From Trichoplax adhaerens (lineage: Eukaryota > Animalia > Placozoa), in the NCBI RefSeq assembly GCF_000150275.1, contig NW_002060962.1, positions 1 to 64,000 of the forward strand: a stretch of DNA of 64,000 nucleotides, written 5' to 3'. How positions within the stretch are numbered: the first letter of the stretch is position 1; every line of letters begins with the position of its first letter. The notes below the pieces were generated by a model that saw only the letters and a program-made list of their open reading frames with translations, searched no databases and had not been told where the DNA came from. Both the position numbers and the translations under genes were made by a program. Below are positions 25,324 through 38,600 of this stretch, one piece after another.

Positions 25324-28300
25324 TTAACCAGAATAAAATTGATGATGAAAAATTGGCAAATGCATAATTAAAATTGAAATTTTAAAGCTAATTTTACTTA
25401 CACTTTTAGTATAGATTTCGATACAATCTTCAACGGAAACATTGTTATTGCGCGTACCACATTGGCATGATTTGTAAAAGCATGGGGTAATGCATTGTCG
25501 GCCATCTTTGCAAAGAGTTGCTTTTTGATTACTATCGCAATTAAATTGACAGTTACAGTAATCGACTTGTTGAACGGGATCTTCATCAGCAGGATCACAT
25601 TCACCATATTTAACAAATTGTAGAGACGGATTTAAACATTTTTCTTTGTAGTAATCGCACCAATTTGGAAAATTTTGATTACCAAATTGATTCTTCCCAC
25701 AAATTGGATGGCTATGACGGAAGGCATCACATTTAATATCACGGCATTTAATTGGGCATTTTCCATGACTGACAATTTTAACTGGTTTAGCATACGATGG
25801 GATACTTTGAACAACATCAAAATAGCATTGATTGGCGTAAGTTATATTATCATCGCCACATAGCATCGTTGAATTTGTTGCATTAGCAATATTACAGTCG
25901 GTATAGCGCCGACAAGTTGAATAATCAACACTTGGTGTTGGGCTGTTGGTGGTATTNNNNNNNNNNNNNNNNNNNNNNNNNNNNNNNNNNNNNNNNNNNN
26001 NNNNNNGTAAGATTACGATAAGTTACACCATCAGAAGCGCATATAACATCAGATTTTGCATTCTTGAATGCTTCTGCTTTTTTCAAACATCTTTGACTAA
26101 TAGTACATTGTTGAGTATCGTTTAATTCTTTCACTTTCTTATTGTGATGATTGGCGGCATAACAACGAGCAAAACGAAGTTGGCATCGATTAAGATAGAG
26201 AACACCATCGCTACCGCAGATTGGTTCATCTTTAGTACCACAATTATTTGGACACTTTACTAAGCACTTTCCCGTATATTTAATCGATAATGCTGCTTCT
26301 TGTTTATTTTTACTATTAATTTTCTTCTTACATTGTGCAATTGTAAAATAGCATAGATTAGAATAAGTTTTTCCATCACTAGCGCAAATTGGTTGCGATT
26401 GATCACTCTTACATTTGGATTCATGGCCACATAGAAGAGTATCGTGATCACATTGACCATTATACATTTTGGTAATATCAATCTTTTTCAATTTTGCTTG
26501 ACATACAGCTGTCTGGAATTGGCATTGATTGGAATAAGTTTGGCCGTTACTAGCACATATGGGTTGATTATCTTTCGTTGAATTTGATGATTTACAGCTT
26601 TGCTGGCAAGCTTGTTGACAAGTACCTTTACGATAAGCGATATTAATGACATAACGGGAAGTACAATTAGCTAATCGAATAAAGCAGATATTGCTATAGG
26701 TTTGGCCGTTACTACCACAGAGTGGATTCACTTTATTGACTTTACATCGATAGAAACTCTTACAAAGAACGCTAGGTAATGGAATTTTGGTCGCTAAACC
26801 ATTTGAAGGTTTAGTACTTGCTATAGTCGCTATTGGCAAATTAGTATTAATAGGCTGTGTTGCTGGCACGGTACTTGGCAATATCGTGGTTGGCATGGTG
26901 CTTGGCAATATCGTTGTTGGATTGATTAATGGCTTACAAAAACTTTTACGTACAACCTTTAATTTCGACTTTTTTAATTTACTTGCTTTACACTTTGCAA
27001 TGATAAATTGGCATTGTGAGAAATACCATTTTCCATCACTAGCACAAATTTGCTTGGATTGATAATATTCTTCCTTATTACATTTGACCGAGCAAATAGG
27101 GTCTAAGCATCGATAGTGTTTATCCAATTGCAATGCATTATTATACGTTAATAATTGGCGTCTTCTTTCATATTGATAAACACATAAATTATAATAAAGT
27201 CTACCATCGTTGCCACAAACTGGTTTTTTATCCGTTAGATCGCAGCCAGGTGCGCATCTTCCTTGATAAGCAATTTTCATTTTTTTCTTCCATTTAGGTA
27301 AATTGCGATTATGAACACACGATGCAATTTTATAAGCACAAAAATTGACAAAAGTCTCACCTGTGGTTGCACAAATGGGTGCAAAAGTTGTATTGCTTTG
27401 ACAATTATATTTAGTCTGGCAACGCTTGACTTTCGTATAGACTGGATGATGGCAAGTTTTAGTATAATAATTAACGCGCAATTTGGTTTTTTTATCCCTT
27501 ATTTCAGCTGCACATTTATCAATTTTAAAATTACATCGATTAATATACATAGTGCCATCGCTAGCACATACTAAGGCGCCTTTAGTACCACACTTACGCC
27601 AGCAGTTTTTATACGAAGTTAATGGAGCTTCAGGACATGCAAAATGATATTTGATAGCATTGGTTATATTCCATCCAAATCGGCAATAAATTGCGTTCAT
27701 TATGCATCGATTGACATAATTGATATTTTCGCTAGAGCATACTGGTTGATAGGTATTTTCACATATTGGGCATTTGGAAGGCGGCGAAAAAGGTTGGGCA
27801 TCATGGAGTAGATATTGTTTTGGTTTAACTTTAGATAGTGGTTGCGTTGGTTTAGCGGCAAGAGGATGAAATTTTTCTTGCGGAAGGATATCATTCTCCT
27901 CCTCTTCTTCCTCATCATCATCATCATCGTCATCATCGTCGTCGATACTCTCGTTATTAGAATTGTTTTGGTTGATATTATTACTGCTATCCTTTAATCC
28001 ATCCGATTCAAGAGTGTTATCATAATTCATAGCATGGCATCGAGTTAAATAAATCTTAGGCCTATCGGGTGAATTGGATCGTGAACAATTTTCCATTCTC
28101 ATAAAACATGAATTAATATAAACCCGTTGATCAGAGCCACAAACTGGATCGTAGGATACTCGACAAGATTTTGGACACTGATAATTAATCTCATTAACTC
28201 TTTCTAATTGACTTGTATTACAACTATGCCAATGTTGAATAGTCGATAATGATAAAGTGGATGGATGTTGGCGACTACCATTCCTACAAAACCATTTTTT

Positions 28301-29088
28301 CAATTGGCAATAATTAGGATATTCTCGGCCATTTTGACTACAAACAGGCATAATAGTATTGATACAATGTTGTCGACAATGGACAGCCAATGTTTTCCCG
28401 TTATGCTTTTGATCGTCTTGGTTATAATGTGTAATAAAATCAATACCAGTTAATTCAGAAACTGAACTACATCGTCCATAGAATATCATTTCTCGATGTT
28501 GATTGCTTGATGTATGGATAGAATGATGCTGAATTAAATGGCACATGGATTTTTTAAATTGGCAAGGATCTAGGTAAAGATGGCCATGGCTTGTACATAT
28601 AGGTATATCTCGTGGTTGATGACCACTACGATCACGTACTAAAGCCATTTGTGCATAACTACAATTTTGATCGCAAGGCGATGTTAATTCTGTGCCCAGA
28701 CAAGGGCCATGGTGTGACTGAAATAGCCATCGACCATGTCGAGCTAATTGACAACTGAACATTTTTAAATAGCAATTGTTAATAAATGTAACTCCATTAG
28801 AAGCGCATACCGGTCGGAATGATGTCGATGAACATTGCAATGGACATTCAACATGAATAATATGACTTAATGCATTAGAACGGTTTCGGCATGTGCCCAA
28901 ATAGGCTATCGTTGGGATCGATTGGCTTTGATGTTGTTGGTAATACAACTTGGCTTTTTCAAATTGACATCGGTTACGATAGGTTTGAGAATTACTGCCA
29001 CAGATGGGATCCCAATACAGCGGGCAAAATTGTTGCTGCTTATCATGGTAAGATCCACTTTTACCAACCGATTGATCGCCTAAAACAC
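25324..29088 (-). CDS. Large multi-Kazal/follistatin-like domain protein (at least 17 domains), probably secreted; 5' exon not found
   Basis: An acceptor at 29089 opens a frame with repeated PxC(G/A)S(D/N)GxTYxNxC motifs through ORF 25925-28948 and, beyond a 50-N gap, ORF 25324-25866. It includes a poly-D/E tract and a Thr/Pro-rich linker. A possible donor near 25400 makes the true C-terminus uncertain. Confidence 0.92.
25957..26006. other. Assembly gap (50 N) inside the Kazal exon
   Basis: Run of N; the reading frame differs across it, so the stated size is nominal. Confidence 1.
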
Positions 29089-29829
29089 CTAGATAGAATT
29101 AATGGATACCGAGTGAGTAATATCAATATTGCTCATTATGCAAGGAATACAAAATAACATCATGGAAACATAGCAAGAGAGCATTTTTCCTGCATTGAAT
29201 GAAACACTTTAAATAATAATGCTTTTCTCTTTCATCGTTAAAAGTCCGTAATAGTCTGTTTTAAAAGTGCCTGTTAGTATGGTTTACCGGATGTATTTTA
29301 TGCATCTTGTGGAAAAAATAGATTGAGAGTACTGTTGAAATTTATTCCTTAGAATAAAAGAGTATTGCAATAGGATAGCTAGAATCGGCCATTCAAAATA
29401 ACAAGCCAATGTCGACAAACCTGGATAAAAGATACGATAGGAAATACGAGTAGGATAACTTAAATGGGTTACTGAAAAGGATAGCTAGTTTTCAGTAACG
29501 CGGGCGGAAATAATGGAATGACTGGAATAAGTTAGCGAGATCGATAAATCGATGTCGATAACGCCGAGGAATAGGTAGGATAAGAGGGTCTACTTTAGTT
29601 ATTCTATTTTCGTAGATCCTTCTCTAGCTTTTCGCCTACGATGTCGACATCGAATCGTAGTTTTCAAGACTTCTAACGGTACGAATTTCAGTTATCCTAT
29701 TTCGTGGATCCTTTCTATCCTATTTTTTTGTCTGCACTGTCGACATGGATTTGGAGTTTTAGTGATGTATATCGGTTTTACGTTATTTCGTAGATTCTTG
29801 ACAATTACAAGTAGATTTAATGTGGGCTG

Positions 29830-30160
29830 GGCTAGAATATACAGGCACTGAAATGGAAAAAAGCGGATTCAATATTGATCTTCTAAGAGATCTGAGCATA
29901 TTTGCATGGATAGAAAATTTATTCGCAAAAGAGATATCGGATAAGATGTAGCGGAGACTAGATTATAGAATACTAGCGTTGAAGTATTAAAAAAAATGGG
30001 ATTCAATGCAGGATGTTTTAACAAACTGGAGCATACTTCCATGGAGAGAGAATTGATTCATAAATTGATGTCGGATAAGAAGATACAATAAAGTCTAGAT
30101 TATGGAATACTAACGTTGAAGTAGAAAAAATAAGATTCTAGGTGTGATATTTTAAGGGGC
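29830..30160. repeat. Degenerate tandem repeat, period about 140 bp, about 2.3 copies
   Basis: CTAGATTAT.GAATACTA.CGTTGAAGTA, GGATTCAAT, GAGCATA...CATGGA and TCGGATAAGA recur. Confidence 0.75.
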
Positions 30161-30879
30161 TGGCGAGGGCAGCAAAGGATAAGCTATCAAATTTATTGGC
30201 AATCTATTTTACCCCCTTATGACATTATTATTATTTAATATTTAGACTGGTTCTTCTCTCATGATACTTTGTATTATTCTACACTAGACAAAATGATTCG
30301 TTATTTCAGTGACTAGATTGGCTTCCACCTAGAATTCTAAATTTACACATGATTTGAATCAATAGCCCCTACGTTCGACTATCCAGACAGTTGGCAAATA
30401 CAAAAAAAGCGGTATTGCTTTTTATTCTCTCAAATGGATTAAGGGAAAATGGAGTTAATGCTCTATATCCTGTTGTCACACACCACTAGTGACAAAGTAG
30501 TTATTCCTATTATAACTGAAATTAAGGATAGATAATACGGTTAATTATGGCTGATAGAATTTTTTGCATGGGGGCGCTATGAAAACTCGGCCGTAATGAA
30601 ATTATGGGTAAACATTCCTTCTTAATTGAAAGGGTGCTCTAGTCTTTAATTGCCACTAAAAATATTCAGTGTCAGTAATGGAATATCCCTTTAGTCAAGT
30701 ATAACTAATATTAGTTAATTAATTGTTAGCAAATGCTGAAAGAAAGGGGGAGAGAAACCTTATGCGTTGATATTTTATACTTCATAAAATGTTTTTGTCT
30801 ACGCTAATCTAGGCACAATGTACACGTAGAACAACACCCAATTTTATACGATAAAGGAGTTCAAAAATGAAATAAATAA

Positions 30880-31255
30880 AAAAATTTTTTCTCTCTATGT
30901 GGATCCTTTCGCTACTTTACGTTTATTAATTAATGTGATGAAGTAAGATTAATGAAAACAGATATTTTTCTTTCTATTGAAACTTTTAGTCGTTTAATAC
31001 TCGAAGAAGAGGAGTTGCAATGGTGTAAATTATAAAGTAAACCTAAATTCTTTCCTAAAGCAGTATTATATAATTTGAATCTCTTCCTAGGATTTTTTCT
31101 GTACTCTAATCTTTCACTTCGTCGTATTATATTGATTAATTAATATGATAGGGTAAATACCGAATAAAAACAGAGTGATACTTTTTCTTTCTTTCTAAAC
31201 TCTTAGTCGTCTACTATGTCATTGTTAACAGAAGAAGGGGAATTGAAATGATGAA
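30880..31255. repeat. Degenerate tandem duplication, period about 210 bp
   Basis: ATTAATTAAT.TGAT...AAAACAGA...TTTTTCTTTCT...AAACT.TTAGTCGT...GAAGAAG occurs twice. Confidence 0.65.
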
Positions 31256-34200
31256 GAGGATAGCATCTGCTCTATCATCAAAAGATTTACTACACCCAAT
31301 AACCTTTAATAAAATTCAATAATTTCATTTTAGAAACAGTCTTGAAATGATTTGAAACGATGCCTGCTTATCTCACAAGCTGTAGACGCTTGTTATGGCT
31401 AGCCATCTCAGCAAGCTAGAAAGAGATTGTCAATACGAATTTTACTTTTTCAAAATCTTGCTACCGTCAATTTCTACTTTAGAACAGAATAGATTTAGAC
31501 AATATTCATTTTAGTAGCCATGATGAAACACCGGTTTACAAATATTTTTTTCAAAAATAACTTTATAAACTAAAGTTGAATTTGTCATCTATTTTTTTTC
31601 CTTTCAGCGCTGCAAGCTGAAGTATCATTGTTATCATCAGCATTATTTTCCATATAAATGTATCTTGATAAATGGCTTGAAAGTAGCTAGAATAAACACT
31701 ATTGGACAAATTTAATTAAGAAATTAAATATTATTATTCGAAAAGAAATTCAAATAGGGTGATGAGATTCGAAGTCATGTTGGCTGCAATTGAAAATGGA
31801 TCATCAAAATCAAGCGTTTGATAAAGCAAGGAAAATACTTTGTCTTGGTCACCATCATGATTTTTACACCTAGTTTGGACATTTTGATTGATTTCACTTT
31901 TTTATCAAGCCCTCCGCACGAAATTACTCTTAGTGGTATATTTAATTTTCAATCAAGTAGATAGTAAACAGAAAACCACATTAATTCACTTTAGCTATCA
32001 GCATATGAATACAGACAGTGATCCCCGCTGATAGTGTTATTGAAAATAAAAGCATAGAATATTTTTATTTGTTGATGTTTGATATTCTATAACTATAGGA
32101 TTCAATTTTGGCGGAATTACTTGATAACAATTGCTAATATTGAAATGACTGTAGAAAGTAGATTAAAGTCGATTGAGTAAATGTAGATTAGAGCACAATA
32201 TTTTATCGTGGAATCCAAGGATGCTGTGAATTTTTTACCCCCTTTATCATTCTCGGCAAAAAAGGATAAGTCAATAGATTACCGAAACTGAGCTATACAT
32301 TGGTGAACAACGGTGATCAAATGGATTGAAGGATTAGTATTATTTAGACTTGTCTAATCTGAGCGGAAAAAATTATCTATCTAATAAGGGATAATAAAAT
32401 GAAGAAAAATCGTATAAGGGACTTAATAGGTATCAAAAAATAACTATGTTCTGATAGAGAGCAAGGTAAATGCAATGGATTGATATTGAGCTAGAAAAAA
32501 ACGATCTTATTTTGCCTAAATAACTTGTTGCTTGTGAATGAAAGTGATAGAAATGATAAACATGATCATTTTATCCATATGATTTAATTTTTTTTACCTA
32601 ATGGGTAGGCCACCACTAAGAAAATAACCCATCCAATCATGATGTTGAACTGAATACGTTGCAGTTGTTGTTGATAGGGCGATTATAATTTAATTTTTCC
32701 ACAGAGTTGATCGCTAGCAATCTTGACGTTGATTCGACAAATACTACAAGGAAATTGAATATAAGTTGTAGCGGTTATATTTTATTTTAATGGTTCTTCT
32801 TATTATCCTTCTACTTGACGGAGTAATCGATCTTGGACGATAGCCAACTAATCAAGATTTCAATTCTATCAGGAATGGCATCAATGAGGTACGTCAAATC
32901 ATGGAGAGATTAAGAAAGTAACTGAATGATACGAGTTCCATTGGGCTCCTTAAAAATTAAAGGGGGGTTGGGTAGACAACTTGAGCAGATGTTGATGTTC
33001 ACATAAATAAATTTAGAATATGCAATTGCCTTCATTGATTCTTTTGACTAGTATTGTCTTAACGGCTTTCTATTTTCTTGACAACTCGCATACTTATGGC
33101 TAAGCTAAGCATTGGTGTCAATTCGTTTGGTAACGCCTTGAGAAGATCAATTTGACTTCAAGCTACCTTTAAGCAGCACTAATGAGACATAAAAAAAGGG
33201 CAATTTTATTTTTTTTTCTCCTCACTTTGGACAATTTTATTTTTTTCTATTAATATTAATAGAAGAGAATGAATACAATTTCATGCATAACCGTTGAATG
33301 TGAGAAGAGAGAAGAACAAAAAATAATGAGACGATGATTATCGTTGCTACTATCAATGCATTAGTATAACAAAACCAAAATATTCTAAAAGTTGTAGTCT
33401 GTAGAAAAGCTAGTATAGTCAATGAAATGGAGACATTTTGACAAGTTACTAACTGGATTACAATGAATTTTTTTCAAGCGTGGAATGTTTCTAATAAAAG
33501 CTGTCTTGTTATTTACCTTTATTTGATTCTTATTGTCTTCAACGAATAGACTTCCATCGACACGCTTCTATACAACATGATAATTGTATGGCATTATTTT
33601 CAATCCATTACTCCTGTTGTCCATTCAATGGATAGTCTACTACAAATAAGAGAGGAAATGACTATTTTGCAACTGGTTGAAAATAGAAGTCAGAGGGAAA
33701 AATGAGATCGAAGAGAGGAGAGGAAAAAAGAATTCAAATCGACCGATCATATCATTATCGCTTAGCGTGATAATAGTTGGATATATCATCATCATCATCA
33801 TTGAGGAGATAGTTATTGAATTTCTCATCATCTAAATGCGATCATGTCGTTAATATTTGACATCACTCCAATTGGATGATGATCGTCCTTTGCAATTGGT
33901 ATGATTGCAAGTAATAAACGATGTCGATAGAGCTTCGCCATCATGAAATAATTCTTTTTTCTATTATCATTATTATGATTAATAATATCTAGTTATTATA
34001 TCGCAAGGGGTTGAAAATTGCGCGGCTAAATGAATTCGTTACTTTGCGGAAAATAAACCGGTGTCTTCTTTCCTGATGGAGTATCAATTTTCATTGTAGA
34101 CGACGTATGGAGATTGATTGTTCCATTTCTCATTAGCAACATTGCTCTATTCTTCATTCTGCTAAATAATTGTATACAATATTTGGACAGTTGTATTGAT

Positions 34201-35181
34201 GATAGATAACATTGGGGGAGGGAAGGAAAGAAAGAATATATACGGGAAAAAAAACCTCAAGGCGCTAAAAGATTATCATGACAAATAGTTGACTTTTTTT
34301 TTAGCTTGAGGTTAATAGTTGACTAGGGATAACATTCAATTAAGTAATAGCGGGTAATAACGTTGAAAGTATTCATAGTCATGCTAATGCCCAAGGTAAA
34401 AGAATTTATTGTAAGTGAATTGTTCTCTATGGACTGACGTAGATCAATAAAGTATTCTTCCATATCAATGGCTAAATTGCTCCTATTACGCAAATAAAAC
34501 ACAGGTAAGTAAAGTATGCCAACAATCAATCAACAGTAGGACAAAGATAGATAAACTAAAGCGGCTGTAGCTAACGTATCGGATCGATATTGCAGACAAA
34601 TATTTTGAATTAGTATTATCCTTCATCATTAGCTAATAATCCCATCAACAAATTATTTTCTCTTCTTCTTGACTAAAGTTATTTCTACATTAGATAAAAT
34701 ACAATTTTATTTCTAGATATTAAAATTGGCATGCCAAATAGGCAAAAAAGGATTACTATTTGTAGCGATGGATCGCTCGGCAAGCTGCAATCGTGACATC
34801 TTATTCCCACTATCCCCTCCTACCCAGTGAGATTACATTTTTCTCAAGTAAATTTTCCACCAGGGTCATCTTTGCAAAAGAGGGAGTTAACATATATTGT
34901 ACATGCTTAAAATAGTTGTATAGTCTTGTAGGATAACTAACAATTCCATTAAGATATGGAATCTATTTCCAGTATTATCATGATAAAAAATTCTATTCTC
35001 ACATTTTTCATCCGTCATGGTACATTTTTCTCAGGTAATTTTTGATCACTCATCACTGACAAAGACGACGGTAACTAATTGAGTTGTTAGAAATACCTAA
35101 AATACCAATTTATAGCTATAATTTGTTCTTAATTTAGAAGTAGAATAATTTAAGTCAACTATGTATACTTTTATCCGCTGC

Positions 35182-35601
35182 ATTTTTCTCAAGCAAGTAA
35201 TACCTTTATGATATTGATGAAACAGCTGATTTATACAGACTGGTATGATAAGATAGATTAAGATCGATTTTTCTTAAGCAATTACTACCGTCATAATATG
35301 AGTGAAGCAGCTGATTAATACAGACTAGCATGATAAAATAGATTAAGATCGATTTTTCTCAAGCAATTACTACTGTCATAATATTGATAAAACAGCTAAT
35401 TTATACGGACTGGTATGATAAGATAGAGTAAGATCCATTTTTCTCAAGCAAGTACTACCGTCACAATATTAATGAAACAGCTGATTTATACAGACTGGTA
35501 TGATAAGATAGATTGAGACAAGTTTTTCTCAAGCAAGTACCACCGTCATAATAATGAAACAGCTAATTTACACAGACTGGTATGATAAAATAGATTGAGA
35601 T
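35182..35601. repeat. 85-bp minisatellite, 5 copies
   Basis: The AAGC of TTTTTCTCAAGCAA falls at 35191, 35276, 35361, 35446 and 35531; the unit contains AACAGCTGATTTATACAGACTGGTATGATAAGATAGATT. Confidence 0.95.
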
Positions 35602-38600
35602 AAATGTGGACAATTGCAGACCTTTCGAGAATGGATTCTTTATCAATATTCATCTACTCATGATGAATATAGTGAGCGGTATAGGCTTTATAATCGTCAT
35701 CAAGTTATTAACGTTAAATTATTATGCGCAGAATTATATCCGAAAAATTGAATTACTTGAATGTCGTAATTATCCTTATTACCGCATTATTGAAACGAAA
35801 TTTCTGTCTACTATGTCATATGAACAACTTTCTTTTTAACAGTAGCGCTTAAAAATTATGCATTAGCTACATTATCGTGGATATTATCGTTAACAGAGGC
35901 CTATTTTGGCTAAAGTCAATATTTTATGCCATCATTATGTGTAAGGAATAGTCAAAAAGGTGTAAATGATATAATTAATTATATACATCAGACTTTCAGT
36001 AATTTGGATATTTCGGAGAATCACTTATTTATGGAAATATGTTTACTTAGTTATACTTTAATGGGATCAAGAGATAAAAAATTTCTATAGTATGTTGACG
36101 TGCTTACTTAAATTCTATTCTTACATTGTTTATAATTTTTGAACTTTGCGCAAATGAAATTTTTTCACAATGATGCGTTGTAGTCTGTGGTATCTATCAT
36201 ATGTTATGACTATATCATAGTTGTCCAGCTGAAATTTAAAAAAGATTAATGACTACTGGCAAAAGAATTCCACTCTTAATTCAATAAATGGATTTATTAG
36301 CTAATTTACTCAAATTTATACGCTGCTAATAGGTTTTGTAGCCTTAGGCCTCTAATATATTTCTGCCTCATTGCATAGTTCACAGGTAATTTTCTATTTA
36401 TACTTGATGCTAACACTTATGTAATTAAATTACTCCCTGGATAGTATAAAGCCGATACCCTAAGAAAAAATGGAGTATTGGCTATCACAATATCTATTCT
36501 ATAGACATGTATATGTCGTTTGCCCAATATCAGCCATTTTGCAAAATGACCGATTATAATTATCTATACGGTAAACGACATATAAATATATCTATCTTTC
36601 TATTGTTTATGCGAAAAGAATAGAAGGAGAATCTCTCACTGGTGATGGCTAGAATTTCTCGAGATATTTCTCTTATACTGTATTTCTTATAAATTAAATA
36701 AGTAATTATTTCCATCTGGTAACTTCAAAATACAATGCAAAGCTATGATATTCTCGTGTTTTAAGTTGAAAATTGCGTTTATAAAATAAAATAAAGTATT
36801 CAATACAGTATTCCATAGTCAATATTTCATTAAAATAGATATTTTGATCAATTGATAATCTATGTGATAAAACTAAATAAAAAATTTGTAATACACTATG
36901 ACGTATATGATTTAGCTGATTTATTATTGACAGCATTACAGCAGGTTAGTTCTACTCCATTTTAAATTTAAAAATTATTGGTCATTAGATTATAGCAGTT
37001 CATACTCTATATTAAGTGATAGGAGAGAAAGTGTATGACTTCCATATTAGTACCTGAACTGTTACTTTCATTTCCTTCTTTACGGTATATCTAATACCAG
37101 GATTTTAGTAGCTGTTACTGATCCTATATCCTTACTGCCAGATTGATAAAAATTTCTTGATCAATACAATTTAAAAAGCCTAGCCTCGATGAGTTTCTTT
37201 TCGGCTTTTTATATTATTTTATTTACTGCTCAGAAGTCTTTACTAGGTAAGGCTGATTTACTATCTTGTGAGGATATGAAATAATCCTTTCATTTAATTT
37301 TCTGAATTGGCTAACTTATAAATGAAGTGAGATAACAATTTATCTGTATGCGATTATATATGGAAAGGCAATGATTTTGCAGTTACAACTTTTACTTTAC
37401 GTTTTTACAACTAAGTAATTCATAGTACGTATTACTCAGTTCTTTTGGGGATGGAGTATTTCAAAACATGCTTAAATTACAGCTGGAATTTTTAGAAGTA
37501 AAAGTAACGAGTTAAATTGCACTGTATTCCAACGTTGTGAGTTTAATTTTATAAAGTGTCAAAGGTACTCAATCTTTTCTTGGTTGTTGTTACTGTTATC
37601 CATTGATAAAATTTTAACGTATCTTATTTTAAAAATTAATCTTCATGTCAATTTACATGATTAAATTATAAACGGAGTCTGACTTGACTGCTTCAGCTCA
37701 ACGAGTAATTATAAATTCTGAAACTATCACTACAACTTAACAATAATGTACTGGAAGTTTTATCATTGCTGTTAAATGTCATCGATAGAAAAAACTTTTA
37801 AATTGGTTCATATTCCATTTTTGAAATGATAGGTTGACGTGTTGAAATTAGAAGCTATTAATTTATTGTTGATAGAAAGTTATCTACTTTAATCATTTTA
37901 TTCTTAAAGTTTTCTTAAGGGTAAGGAATTAAAATTTTTTCTTTCTTGCAGCATTTTTATGATTGCTTTTGACCTCTCTGCATTGTAGTGAATTAAATTA
38001 CCATGAAGTATAAAAGAATTTTTAGTCACTATTATTCGGTATCCAATTAAGAACTTGCTACGAATATTGTTAGTTATGTTTTGATCTTGAGTAGAGTGTA
38101 ATATCAATAGTTATATAACAATTCATTAACGGTAGCTCACCTTCTATAAGTTTATAAAGTTGAAGTTAGATTAAAGGGGAAAGATTTAACTTTCCTGATT
38201 ACTTTGTAATAATCATTTATATTTGTTAGTGTTTATGCTTTGAGTTTATCTGAGTAGTAGGAATCTTTTTAAAAATATTATTAATGTAGCTATACAATTT
38301 ATAAATATTTAGTTATTAATTTATTGATTGCATTAGCTACTCTAAATAGTGGTGAGTGAATATATATTATTAAAAATCCTTAGGACTATATTGACTAAAA
38401 TACTTACAACTATAATATTTTAATTCCCAGAATGATGGCATTTGATTACGCAATAAAGCTTGTCTAAAGTAAATACTGCAAAATAATACATTACAGTAGA
38501 ATTGGCATAATTTAAATGGACTGTGATATCATCAGAACTTAAACTTTTGGATGGGAGTCCGATCTGTTGCTAGAAGCAATTTCAGTATATGTGTATTGAA

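Noticed and set aside
25867-26006. Apparent frameshift or two separate Kazal genes
   Set aside because: The frame changes across a nominal 50-N gap, and the frame of the downstream ORF is already open from the gap edge, so one gene is the simpler reading.
26787-28453. Plus-strand and alternate-frame ORFs within the Kazal gene
   Set aside because: Shadow ORFs of a long coding exon, with no motifs of their own.
33237-33422. Hydrophobic minus-strand ORF as the Kazal signal-peptide exon
   Set aside because: It has no ATG before the hydrophobic segment, and its nearest donor is not in the required phase 1.
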